This document shows positions 21,657-41,109 of a DNA stretch of 64,000 bases, one piece after another; positions within the stretch are counted from its first letter, which is position 1, and every line of letters begins with the position of its first letter. The DNA comes from the human T2T-CHM13v2.0 reference genome, Homo sapiens. The position numbers and the translations under genes were made by a program. The notes below the pieces were generated by a model. It was not told the DNA's origin. It made no database searches and worked only from the letters and a program-made list of their open reading frames with translations. The stretch lies in assembly GCF_009914755.1 (NCBI RefSeq), contig NC_060930.1, one strand, 5' to 3'.

Positions 21657-22722
21657 GGCCAGGTGCAGTGGTTCACGCCTGTAATCCCAGCACTTTGGGA
21701 GGCCAACGTGGGAGGCTCACTTTAGGCCAGGAGTTCAAGACCAGCCTAGGAAATATAGCGTCAGAGCCATTCAGTGACCCTATGTCGAATGGGACTGCGT
21801 AAAATAAGGCTGAGACCTAGTGGGCTGCATTTACAGGAGGGTAGGCATTCTTAGTCACAGGATGAGATAGGAGGTCATCAGGACTGGTATCACAGGATAC
21901 CGAGTTTATTAGAGGGTCTTGCTCTGTTGCTCAGACTTCAGCCCAGGAGTTTACATCTTTTTTTAATTTAAAAAAAATTTCAAAACACTCAGCTCGTTTT
22001 AAATTTTTTTTTTAATTTTAAAAATCTAAATTTTGTTAAGATCCTGATGATAAAAAAAAGGTGCAGTAAAGAAAATCGCCAACCCCACCAAAACAAAAAT
22101 GGCAACAAAAGTGATCTCTGGTTGTCCTCACTGCTCATTATGTGCTAACTATAATGCATTAGCATGCTAAAAGACACTCCCACCAACACCAAGACAGTTT
22201 ACAAATGCCATGGCAATGTCTGGAAATTACCCTATATGGTTTAAAAGAGGGAGGAACCCTTAGTTCCAGGACTTGCCCACCCCTTTCCCAGAAATCTCAT
22301 TATTAATCCACCTATTGTTTAGCATATAATCAAGAAATAACCATAACTATACTCAGTTGAGCAACCCATACCACTGCTCTGTCTGTGGAGTAGCCATTCT
22401 TTTGTTTCTCTACTTCTCTAATAAACTTGCTTTCACTTTACTGCATGGGCTCGCCCCAAATTCTTTCTTGCACAAGATCCATAAACCCTCTGTTGCAGTC
22501 TGGATCTGGACGCCTTTCTGGTAACAATAGCAAGGCTCCACCTCTACAAAAAAAAATTAAAACTAGCAAGGTGGTGGCACACATGTAGTCCCAGCTACCC
22601 CAGAGGCTCACGTGGGAGGATGGCTTGAGCCTAGGAGTTCCAGGTTACAGCAAGCTATATGCACACAAGTGCACTCCAGCCTGAATGACAGAGCAAGACA
22701 CTGTCTAAAGAAAAAAAAAAAA
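21657..22722 (+). mobile_element. AluJ split by MER41
   Basis: Left part 21657-21758, remainder 22527-22722. Confidence 0.85.
21759..22526 (+). mobile_element. MER41 (probably MER41B) solo LTR inserted into an AluJ
   Basis: taaaataaggctgagacc...ttagtcacaggatgagataggaggtc...aataaacttgctttcacttt...ggtaaca. 4-bp TSD atag (21755-58, 22527-30). Confidence 0.9.
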
Positions 22723-23877
22723 TTGAAAACTACTGATAAAGTATATAACCCTAGGGCAAGCAAGGATCCTAAAGTTCTCCCAAATGAGGAACCAAGACAC
22801 CCACTGTTTTCATCTGTAGGAGTGCATCCTTATACGTCCCTGGGAAGACAGGATGGAGACTCAGTGGTCTCAAACTTGAAGGTAAATACAGGTTCTCAAC
22901 CAGTAATGTGGGCTCCAGTAGCCTGAGGTGGACCCTGCACTTCTAACAAGCTCCCAGGTGCTGTCCATGCTGTACCATGCCTTGAGTATAGCTGGAGATT
23001 TGGGTGGATTCATTTACAATCCCAACAGCCTGGGGTAAACAGAGTGCAGGAGGAAGTCCCTCAGGCTCAAAATCCCTCTTACCTTTTAAAATGCAAAGAC
23101 TTCCACAGAAGGGTAAAGCTTTAGAGTGACTTATTTTTTATCAGGTTGCTATCTTCCTAGCTAAATTCAGCTCCACCCAGAAGGTGGAAGTTTTAACTAT
23201 TGGGGAGTAGATAAAAGTAAGTAGTTTGAATGGGATCTGTCCCAAGGGTCTTGGAGAGAACTAGGGCAATGGGGCGGCAGTGGGAGTGGGAGTGAGGGAG
23301 GCAGGGTGGAGTTTGCTCCCTTAAGAGAAAAGCAGGCAGGTGTGAGAGAGCTGCTTGGTGGAAGGGAGTAAAAGTCCAATTTGCTGAATTGCAACATTAA
23401 AAATCCTAACTGGGTGCCTGTTGTGTGCCAAGCACTGGGCTAGGGCTTAGGGATGCTCACATGAACAAGACGTATGAACAGTCCCATTGCTGCAGGAGCT
23501 GGAGGCCCAGCAAGTGAGCCTACAGCACTGGGAGTGAAAATTACCCCCAGGCAGCATTGCAAGCTTTTGGCACAGTGCCATCAATTGTCAGTGCCATTGG
23601 TTGCCTAGGCCATGGTAAAGTAGAATCTTCGTCAATACTGGAATGCTTAAAAACAGTGCAGGATATCAAGCTCCAGATACACTAAAATGCACAACAGCCA
23701 TGGATTACTGTCCACTTGACTCTCATTGCCAAAGCCTTTGAAAATTTCAATCACTGCCTGCTAGCTAATGCTGTGGGTTCCGCAGACTCCCTGTTAGTCA
23801 CTGGAGGTCATCACATGTCTAATCCATCTTTATAAAATTTTACACATGGAATTCTCCATAGAATAATGACTATAAGT

Positions 23878-24242
<365 letters not shown>

Positions 24243-24256
24243 TTAAGAAAAAGTCA

Positions 24257-24823
24257 TGTAGGAGAAAAAATTTTTCCCTCTATCATCTTTGGTTCAGTGA
24301 CTGGGGCCTATGAGTTAAATTGACAAAAGACAGGTTAACAGAAGAAAAGACACAATTTTTACTGATGTTATGGTTACATGCACAGGGGTTTCACAGAAAA
24401 GTAGAAATCCAAAGAAGCATTTACACACAGGGTCATATATACCATTCTAGCAAAGGGTGATAAATTGTGGAGAAGTGACTAGACAAAGGAAAAGGGGTTT
24501 GGGCTACTGGGGATGATAAGTTGTGGGAAAGTGACTAGGAAATATATAGAGGAAGCTAATGGAAGAAAAAGATTATTTTAGTAAGGCATGTTTATGTAGC
24601 TTTGTCTTGTTGTCAATTCTCCATTGCTGATGATAAGAGTTGTGCTCCTTTTTCTGGTACAAGGAAAGCACTTTCTCTTGAGAAAGTTATGCCATGCTTT
24701 TAGGCAGATATGGGGAGGGCAGAGAGCTCTTCCTGTGTCTGCTGTTTCTCACTTGTCTTCAGCTCAAGATCATCAATATACCAAAGTAGCATATGTTGGT
24801 GTAGCATATTTTGGGCCCCTTCA
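24257..24823 (-). mobile_element. MER34-family solo LTR (ERV1)
   Basis: Minus strand begins tgaagggg...aatatgctacaccaacatatgctactttgg...gagctgaagac...gagaaacagcagacacaggaagagctctctgccctcccc and ends ...cctaca. Confidence 0.75.
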
Positions 24824-25746
24824 GAATCAAGCCTCAGGAACCCCTCCCACGTGTATAGGCTATAAACTCACTACATTCTTACTCTCTGTTCATGTAAGTT
24901 AGGAAGTCTTTAAAATATTCCAACCAACACAGAAATGCTGAGTACCTACAATTTCACCAGGAGCCCATTTCTAGAATCCATCAACCAACAACAAGCCACT
25001 GATTTCAGCAATAGAACACCATCTCCAACATTCACTATGCTAATTAGAAAAGCAATTGCCATTGGCATAAACTCATATCACAGCCTTGGAGAACCAGACT
25101 CAGAAGTGTGAGCTGGAAGTCCTAGCTAGAGGGTTCTGCCTAGCCCACATATTAGACAGCCTCACACAGCATTCAGACTGACCTCACTCAGGCCCCAGGG
25201 ATGTGTTTCCCCATTATCCTGCCTTATTCCCTCATAGGACAACTGAATCTCAGCACCATCAACATCTGCGAATTTTACCACTGCCAACATCTGCAACAGA
25301 CCCTCCTTCAAAGTGCTGAGAAGACTTGAAAAGCAGAAGCTTTAAGTTAAGGTAAAATTCCAAATTATTTGTCAAAAACTCCCTCTCAGGCTGCATAAAT
25401 GCCATAGCTTCTTGCATAACAAAGCATCATTTCTTGCTTCTCTCTGTGTTCCAATTAGTGATTCCAAAGCTACTCATAAATTAGCATAGTTTTCCAAATG
25501 TTGCACATGACAGCCGAGAAAAATTCTACAATATTAAACAACTCATATTACTCTAAATTTACAAATATGTATTTGTAGGAGTATAAATACCGTGATACTA
25601 ATTCAGTGATACTAATTCTTTAATATTGGCAACTGGATGAACATAGAATGCTAGAATGGCAAATAGTTTTATCTTTATAAAAACATTGAGTAAGATGCGA
25701 TTAAATTTCCAAACAAAGAAATTAAAAATATTGTCTCTATTTAAAT

Positions 25747-26080
<334 letters not shown>

Positions 26081-26196
26081 TAGACATTTTAATTATAACT
26101 TGTATTTTACCTTTTGCTTCTGAAAATTTTGTATTTTTAGAAAAAAATTGGAAAACGTGTGAAAAATAATTTTGATTTTTCACTTTTTAACATTTA

Positions 26197-26442
26197 CAGC
26201 TGACCCTTGAACAATGCAGAAGTTAGGAGCACCAACTGCTCATGCAGTTGAAAGTCCATGTAAAACTTTTGACTCCCCACAAATTTAACTCCTAATAGCT
26301 TGCTGTTGACTGGAAGCCCTAACAATAACATAAACAGTCAATTAACACATATTTTATATATGCATTATATACTATATTCTTGTAATACAGTAAGCTAGAG
26401 AAAAGAAAATGTTATTAAGAAAATCATAGGATGAGAAAATAT
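26197..26442. mobile_element. Tigger2-family MITE, truncated at its right end
   Basis: TA+cagctgacccttgaacaa terminal repeat. Colinear with the complete copy at 54900-56354 up to gaaaatat. Confidence 0.8.
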
Positions 26443-26504
26443 GCTAATTAGAAAAGCAATTGCCATTGGCATAAACTCATATCAGAAGTGTGGGCTGGAA
26501 GTCC

Positions 26505-26706
26505 CACCATTCTCCTGCCTCAGCCTCCCGAGTAGCTGGGACTACAGGCGCCCACCACCGCACCCGGCTAATTTTTTTTGTATTTTTTAGTAGAGACGGG
26601 GTTTCACCGTGTTAGCTGGGATGGTCTTGACCTCCTGACCTCGTGATCCGCCCGCCTCGGCCTCCCAAAGTGCTGGGATTACAGGCGTGAGCCACTGCGC
26701 CCAGCC
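26505..26706 (-). mobile_element. AluY lacking its 3' ~80 bp and tail
   Basis: CpG-rich AluY starting abruptly at caccattctcctgcc. Confidence 0.9.
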
Positions 26707-26792
26707 TACATTTGTTAATGACAATATATTTGACAAGGTAGAGGGTAAAAAATTATTAAGCAGTTTGCAACTTCTAAATATTTAGATACATT

Positions 26793-27800
<1,008 letters not shown>

Positions 27801-27823
27801 TTAACTGCAATAAAATATCCTCT

Positions 27824-28528
<705 letters not shown>

Positions 28529-28947
28529 GTACATCCATGTTCAACAGCATTTTTCACAACAGCCAAAAGGTGGGAGCAACCCAAGTGTCCACTGACAGAT
28601 GAATGGATAAACAACATGTGGTCTATACATACAATGGAATATTATTCAGCCTTAAAAAGGAAGTAAATTCTGATACATGCTATGACATGGGTGAATCTTC
28701 AGGACATTATGCTAAATAAAATAATCCAGCCACAAAAAGGCAACTATGGTATGATTCTACTTATAAGAGGTAATTAGAATAGTCAAGTTCCAGAAAGTAG
28801 AATGGTGATTGCCAGGGGCTGGGGAGAGGGTGAATGGAGATTTGTTGTTTAGTGGTATAGAGTTTCAGTTTTCCAAGATGAAAAGAGTGGTGGAGATTGG
28901 TTGTATAGCAATGTGAATGTACTTAACACTACTGAACTATACATTTA

Positions 28948-29338
<391 letters not shown>

Positions 29339-29809
29339 CTACCAGAGGGATTCAGGGAATGCTTCTCGAAACAAATAACCTTTAAACTAAGAGATAAAGT
29401 TTGAGTAAGAAAGGCCAAATGGAACTAAAAGATGGCCATGTGGCTGGAATGCAGGGCAAGGGGTGCCGTGGCCAGAGGGAGCTGGAGTGAGAGGATAGGG
29501 CCTGGTGGGCATAGTAAGGAGTTTGTGTTTTATCCTGAGAGCAATGAAAGGAAAAAGAATACAGGTGGATGAGGCTGATCTCTGTGGAACAGTTGGCAAG
29601 CAATTCAACACACAATATCCAATATCGTGCTAAATGATGAGGTAGAGAATGTTGGTCTGGAGAATCCTGGAGAGTTCAGTACAGGCAATGGGCCCACATG
29701 GAGGAGGCAGCAGAGTGCTGGGTAAGCAGAATTTGATGGGTCACCAGAAGACCAGGGCTTAGGGGGCTCAGCCTCCTGGCTTTGTGGTGGACTCAACTTG
29801 CTCTCAAAA

Positions 29810-29988
29810 ATGCCTATACCAAATAGAATATAAATGCTATGTAAATTGTTGTTAGACTGTATTATTTTTAAAATTTTAGGTCCTATTGTTGTATTGTTAT
29901 TTTTTATTGCTGTGTTTTCCAAATGTTTTTGATTTGTGGTTGGTTGAATCCTCAGATGCAACATCTGAGGATGTGGAGGGCTGTCTGC
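29810..29988. mobile_element. MER2-type Tigger fragment
   Basis: taaatgctatgtaaattgttgttagactgtatt...ggttggttgaatcc...ggagggctgtctg. Confidence 0.65.
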
Positions 29989-30308
29989 ACTAAGAATACA
30001 AACTCAGCCTAGACAGACCTGTGAATTCATCTCTGTAAATTGTTGCAAGCACCAAGAAGCATGCACATTTAACCGGTCCAACACAGCCCCTGTAAGAGGT
30101 GGGCATGTTAATGCTGGTGATGACAGTGAAAGTGTTGATAGAGATAACAGCTAATCTAACCACAGATGATAGACAACAGCTATTGCTACCCCACCCAGTC
30201 CATTCCTGGTGCCTCCCACTCTCCTATGGATTAAACTCCATTTTATAGTACATCAGGGTATTGGACTGCTTTTTGAAAAAAATGCATTGTTTTTTCCCAT
30301 TTATCACC

Positions 30309-30339
<31 letters not shown>

Positions 30340-30561
30340 AATACACTCCCTCTTTAGTCCTGCAGCAAGCAATTCTGGCTTTGTGAGTATCCCAGCAGGG
30401 TCTCGAACTTGCATAGAGCTCCCCGGCAGCTTGAACCTGTGCAGCTGAGGTGCGTTCCTTCCCCATGCCACTGGGCAGAAAGAACACCCTTAGAATGTAA
30501 GAATGGGGCTCCCTTCTAAGTGTAACAGCCTGAGTGAGCTTATGGGTAGGTTATGTCAGAG

Positions 30562-30941
30562 TGTTAAATCAAGTTGAGCCTAAAGCTGCCTCCTAAATAT
30601 TTTAAGTTTGACCTAAAGGTTTTTCTGTACATCATGAACTATAACAAGTGGAGGTGTAAAAAGACTATAGCCTACATTTGTGACAATCATCAAGTTTTGG
30701 CCAATCAAATGTAACCAACTGTTCGAACCATGTTCAAATAATGCAGTCCAGCTGCTTCTGTACCTCACTTCCATTTTCTGTACGTCACTTTCCTTTTCCT
30801 GTCCATAAATCATCTTCCACCACGTGGTTGCACTGGAGACTCTGAGCCTACTCTGGCTGGGAAGGCTGCCTGATTGACAAATTGTTCATTGCTCAATTAA
30901 ACTCCTTTAAATTTAATTCGGCTGAAGTTTTTCTTTTATCA
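30562..30941 (+). mobile_element. MER57A solo LTR (ERV1)
   Basis: tgttaaatcaagttgagcctaaagctgcctcc...gctcaattaaactcc...ttttatca. 4-bp TSD agag on both sides. Confidence 0.88.
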
Positions 30942-31103
30942 AGAGAAAGGGGGAGGCTGATGAGCTTGTCAATTTCTCTAAACTTCTCAGAGCCTGAGAA
31001 ATCATCCAACTTTCATATCCATTTCAGTGATGCTAACTCAAATAACACATATTTCCCCTACACTTTTTTCCATAATGAGAATGGGAAAGTAAATTTTCCT
31101 TGA

Positions 31104-31865
<762 letters not shown>

Positions 31866-31984
31866 CTGAAGTAAATACTTTTGATTTCCAAATAAATTTT
31901 GTTGGCATAGAGGCTTGCCGAGCCAGCCTCTGTTAAGTCAATTCTCATTTCTCTGTGTTACTCATTACTATCACAATTGTTGTA

Positions 31985-32165
31985 AATAACTCATATTTAT
32001 TGAACAATTAACATGCCAGCACTGTTAAGAATTTATGTTTGTATCTCATTTGATCTTCTTAATAACCGTATGAGGTTTTTTACAGATGAGGAAACCGGGG
32101 CTCTAGAAAGTAGTTATGTACCCACGCTCATAAGTGGCAGAACTAGGATTTAAACCTGGGTCATC
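31985..32165 (-). mobile_element. MIR
   Basis: tttacagatgaggaaaccggggctctaga...gtggcagaactaggatttaaacctggg. Confidence 0.7.
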
Positions 32166-32514
32166 TGTATTTGCTATTCAGGGCTGATGTAACAAATTAC
32201 CACAGACTGAATGGCTTTAAATAACAGAAATTAATTCTGTCACAGTTCTGGAGGCTGGAAGTTTTCAGTCAAGGTATCAACAGGGTTGGTTCCTTCTGGA
32301 GGCTCCGAGGACTCTGTTCCATGCCTCTCTCCCAGCTTCTGGTGGTTGCTGGCCACGTTGGCATTCCCTGGCTTGTGGACACATTGCACCAATCTCGGTC
32401 TCCATTTTCACGAGGCATTCTCCTCTCTATGTGTTTCTCTTTGCCTCTGTGTCTTTTCTTCTAAGGACACAAGCGATTGAATTTACGGCCCATTCTAAGT
32501 CAATATGACCTCAT

Positions 32515-33171
32515 TGTTTTTATTATTTATTTCTTTCTTTGAGACAGTTACGCGCTTGTTGCCCAGGCTGGAGTGCAATGGCGCGATCTCGGCTCACCAC
32601 AACCTCCACCTCTGGGTTCAAGTGATTCTCCTGCCTCAGCCTCCCTAGTAGCTGGGATTACAGGCATGTGCCACCACGCCTGGTTAATTTTGTATTTTTA
32701 GTAGAGATGGGGTTTCTCCATGTTGGTCAGGCTGGTCTCCAACTCCTGACCTCAGGTGATCCGTCTGCCTCGGCCTCTCAAAGTACTAGGATTACAGGCA
32801 TGAGCCATTGCACCTGGCCTTTATTTTCTTTTTATATTTTTCTTTTTTATTTGTATTTATTTATTTTTTTGAGACAGAGTATTTTTCTGTCACTCACACT
32901 GGAATGTAGTGGCAAGATCATAGCTCACTGCAGCCTTAACTTCCCAGGTTCAAGCCATCCTCCCACCTCAGCCTCCCTAGTAGCTAGGACTATAGGTATG
33001 CACAACCACATGTGGCTAATTTTTTTTTTCTATTTTTTTTTTTTTTTTTTTAGTAGAGATGAGGTTTGCTATGTTGCCCAGGCTGGTCCTGAACTACTGA
33101 CATCAAGCAGTCTTTTTACCTTGGCCTCCCACAAATGCTGAGATTACAGGGGTAAGCCACCACATCCAGCC
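32515..33171 (-). mobile_element. AluSp/Sq (32515-32819) and AluJ (32820-33171)
   Basis: Two dimers. Confidence 0.88.
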
Positions 33172-33474
33172 AACCTCATTATTCTTATAGTGGTAAAATA
33201 TGTATTTAAAAGTTTGCCATCTTGACCATTTTTAAATGTAGACTACAGGGGCACTGATTACATTCCCAAAGTTGTGCAACTATCACCACTGTCTCCAAAA
33301 GCTTTTCATCACCCCAAACAGAAACTCTGTACACATTAAGCAATAACATCCTATTGCCCTGATTCCCTAGCCCCTGGTAACCTCTATTCTACTTTCTTTC
33401 TCTATGAATTTGCCCATCCTGGGAACCTCATATAACTGGAGTCATATAATACTTGTCCTTTGGGGTCTAGCTTA

Positions 33475-35588
<2,114 letters not shown>

Positions 35589-36400
35589 CTCATCTCAGTA
35601 TTTCTAGGCTGAACTCACAGTGGCTGCTTAACAAATGTTTATCAGTTTATAAACTGTTCGTTCCAATGCCTGCCCGCCCCCCACCCTTTCTTGAGCTTCA
35701 TTTAATCTACCTGGAAGTTATCTTTCATCTTAGCTCAGGGAACTCACAAATTCATAAGCCAAATTTTTTGCATTCTCAAATATTTTCAAATCTCATAGAA
35801 ATACTAGGTATAATAACCAAAGTGACCTCACATTGAATTCTCTTTTCAGGAATGATGCGACTATGTCCCTATGCTTTTCCAAAAAGCAAAGATTACATTT
35901 ATCTCTGGAACCTATCTTCCTACCCAGCCATTCACATGTTATTGTCCAAAAGCCCACCTTTGTCCTCGAAGGGTGCTCTCAAGTAGCTTAAAGGAAACCA
36001 CTCTTCAGAGAGAAAAATAAATTATAAGACCAAAACAGCAATTCAAAGACCCTGACATTCTCCGTAAAGTATAATAATTGATCAACTCTGCTAACCATAG
36101 CTGGGTAATCTCCAGAAAATGGAAATATCAATAGGAAAATAGACACTGGTACCTTAGAAAGGCACCATGGAGCCATGGCAGGTGCACAGGGAAGGTGAAG
36201 GAACACTTCTGCACTCAGGAGTAGCCAGAACCTTCATTGGGCATTTTGGATATTTATGCTGATACATTTGCCTGGTGGTCAAGGACTGGTTTAGAATGAA
36301 TTGTGTCCCCCTCCCCAAACAGCAGCAGGTTGTCACAGGTGTAAAAAGGTGTAGTGCTCACTAAAGACTCATTACTAGAATGTAAGTAGTACGTCCCTGA

Positions 36401-38733
<2,333 letters not shown>

Positions 38734-41109
38734 AGCCAAATACCTGACACTTTCTGAGCAAGTGTCTGAGGAGTGGCTGCAGACCTGGAAGAAGGAAAAA
38801 GGAGGCGTGAGCATTTGGGGAACAGTGAGTAGATCGTTTCTGGTTTCAGAGTGACAAATTAGAGTGATTTCTTATAACCCAAGTTCTTTATAAAAGAGAA
38901 CAGAAAAATCTGATCCAGCTGTTTTACCCAAATGGCTGGATCAGCATTTGAACTGGAGCCAAACTGACTCACAGTAACCTGAGACAGAGGCCCCCAGCCA
39001 GTTGGTGTAGCTCCCCTAGAATCATGTGGTGCTCCAAAATCCTAAAACTTTGAGGGCTTATACATAAATATTCCCACCCGTCAAAATTTGCCCAAAATAA
39101 AAAGAGTAGTCCTAGCAGACACTTAACTTCGGGAATCCTTTCCCAAAGACCCAAAAGTCCTTTGATTTCACCTGATGATCCCTGGACAGTGAGAAGGGAA
39201 CTTAGCCCAGAACAGAGGTGTGAACATGAATAGAATTGCAACATCCTGACTAGGTCTGCATGGCTTTGGGCAAATCCCCAAGTAAACTCCCCAGTCTGCA
39301 AAATAAGTCAGTAAATAAATAAACAGTAGAAAAGAATAGGATGAAGCAGGAGGAAGAATGAATTAATGCCTGTTAAGCACCTTGGAAATGCAAAGCATTA
39401 TTAATTGCAAAATAAAGTGCAGGATAACAAGTTCACTTTGGCTTCAGGGAGAAGGACTGTCAATTGCAGGAGCCATTAAAAGTCACAGGCTATAAAACAG
39501 GCAGTAATGTAGGCTTTGCCCTGCAGAATCATATAACCTTGCCTGAAATTAGCTGGTTATCCCAGTTCTGGACTGATCATATGAACACAGTTCATCCGTA
39601 GCCAGAAAAGCCCAGACAACTCCAAATAGAGATCTGCCTGACCTTCAGAGTTTGCCTACTCTCATTCCTGCAACAATCGTGGCCACTCCCTAGGCACCCA
39701 CGTGGTCCCAAGTGCTCCTTGTGTGTGACATCATTCCAGTGGGACAATCCAGTAACAGAGGTTTCATTATCCCCATGAATCTAAAACGTAGACCAGTTAA
39801 GTAACTTGCCCAACATCAAACAACTAGTTAAGGGCAGAGGCAGAAACGGAAGGTCTGGTTCTGCTCAGCTGTCTTTCTGTGACAAGGAAAAGCCTTCATC
39901 GCTGACCCTCATTCCTGACTAATCCACTCTGGTCACCTCAAAACACCAATGCAGCATATGTTGTGTTATTTGAGCACTTGGCGTGAACTCCTGCCAAAAA
40001 AGCAGAAGAGTCGATGTTCTTTATTTCCATATTTCCTTCTGAGATTTTTGTTTGTTTGTTTCCTTGAATGTCTCTTGACTAGACTTTAGGGGAGGGGGTC
40101 TGGGGTGGACAGATAACTATTTTGTGCTCTAGAATGTCACCCTTGATTTCAAATCCTATGGGGAGTGTATTCGAAAAGGGAACAAAAAAATGTTCCTGAA
40201 GTCAGTTTGAAATGTTAGCAGGTTATGGATGAGTTCCTCCAATCAGGTAGATAGAAAGTAACATATCCCCAGCTAATTTGGAAACTAGAGATAAAATTCA
40301 GAACAGGTCAGAAGTGTCCTTCAGGCTGCCCCTGAGACTTCTGAGGGCTTCTTGCCTCTATATTCAAAGCATGCATAGATTCAAACTTTGGAGATTCTAT
40401 CCTTGCACGGGACTGCGGTGGGGGCATCTTCAGGAGGGCGTGCCCCTTAGTGAGCTGGTGAGAGAGATCCCCTTTCCCCCTTGAAAGGGAGTGGGTGTGA
40501 GAAGTTCAGAGGAGGCATCTGCAGGAGCTGGAGTTGTATTAAAACATCAATGCCAAGTATTTTTAAAGAAACGGAGATGGCATCTGTGGGAGCTACTTGG
40601 AAAATACAGCCGTTTGTTGATTACCTGGAAAGGGGATAATGTAAAAGGATTAGGTGACCTAAAAAGCAGCTGGGCCAGACAAGGGCAGATGGCAGAGGAG
40701 TTCACGGCCCTTGGGGAGGACAATGAAAACCTAGACTAGAGGACAGACAAAACCAAAGGTTGGGGAGGTTGGTGCTGAGTGGCTTGGGAGAGGAACAGAA
40801 GAGCAAAATGAATCCCAACTGGCAGGGCTAAAATGTAACACCTGCTACGGTGACAAAAAAACAAAAACAAAAACAGAAGAAGAAGCAATTTTAGACCCCA
40901 CAACAAATAGAGAAGTATATCTATAACAAGCAAAGGCACAACTATAGAAAGCCCCTCCCCATCCCTATTTGCCACCATCCGTATCAGCCGAGCTAATGAT
41001 GGAAAGAGAAGCAACACTATCAGGCTAAGAATGCTCTGTGCCAGACCCTGCGCTGGGGGCTTTACATCTATCCTATGGTTGAAACTTCAGGCAGCCTTGC
41101 TACATAGGC

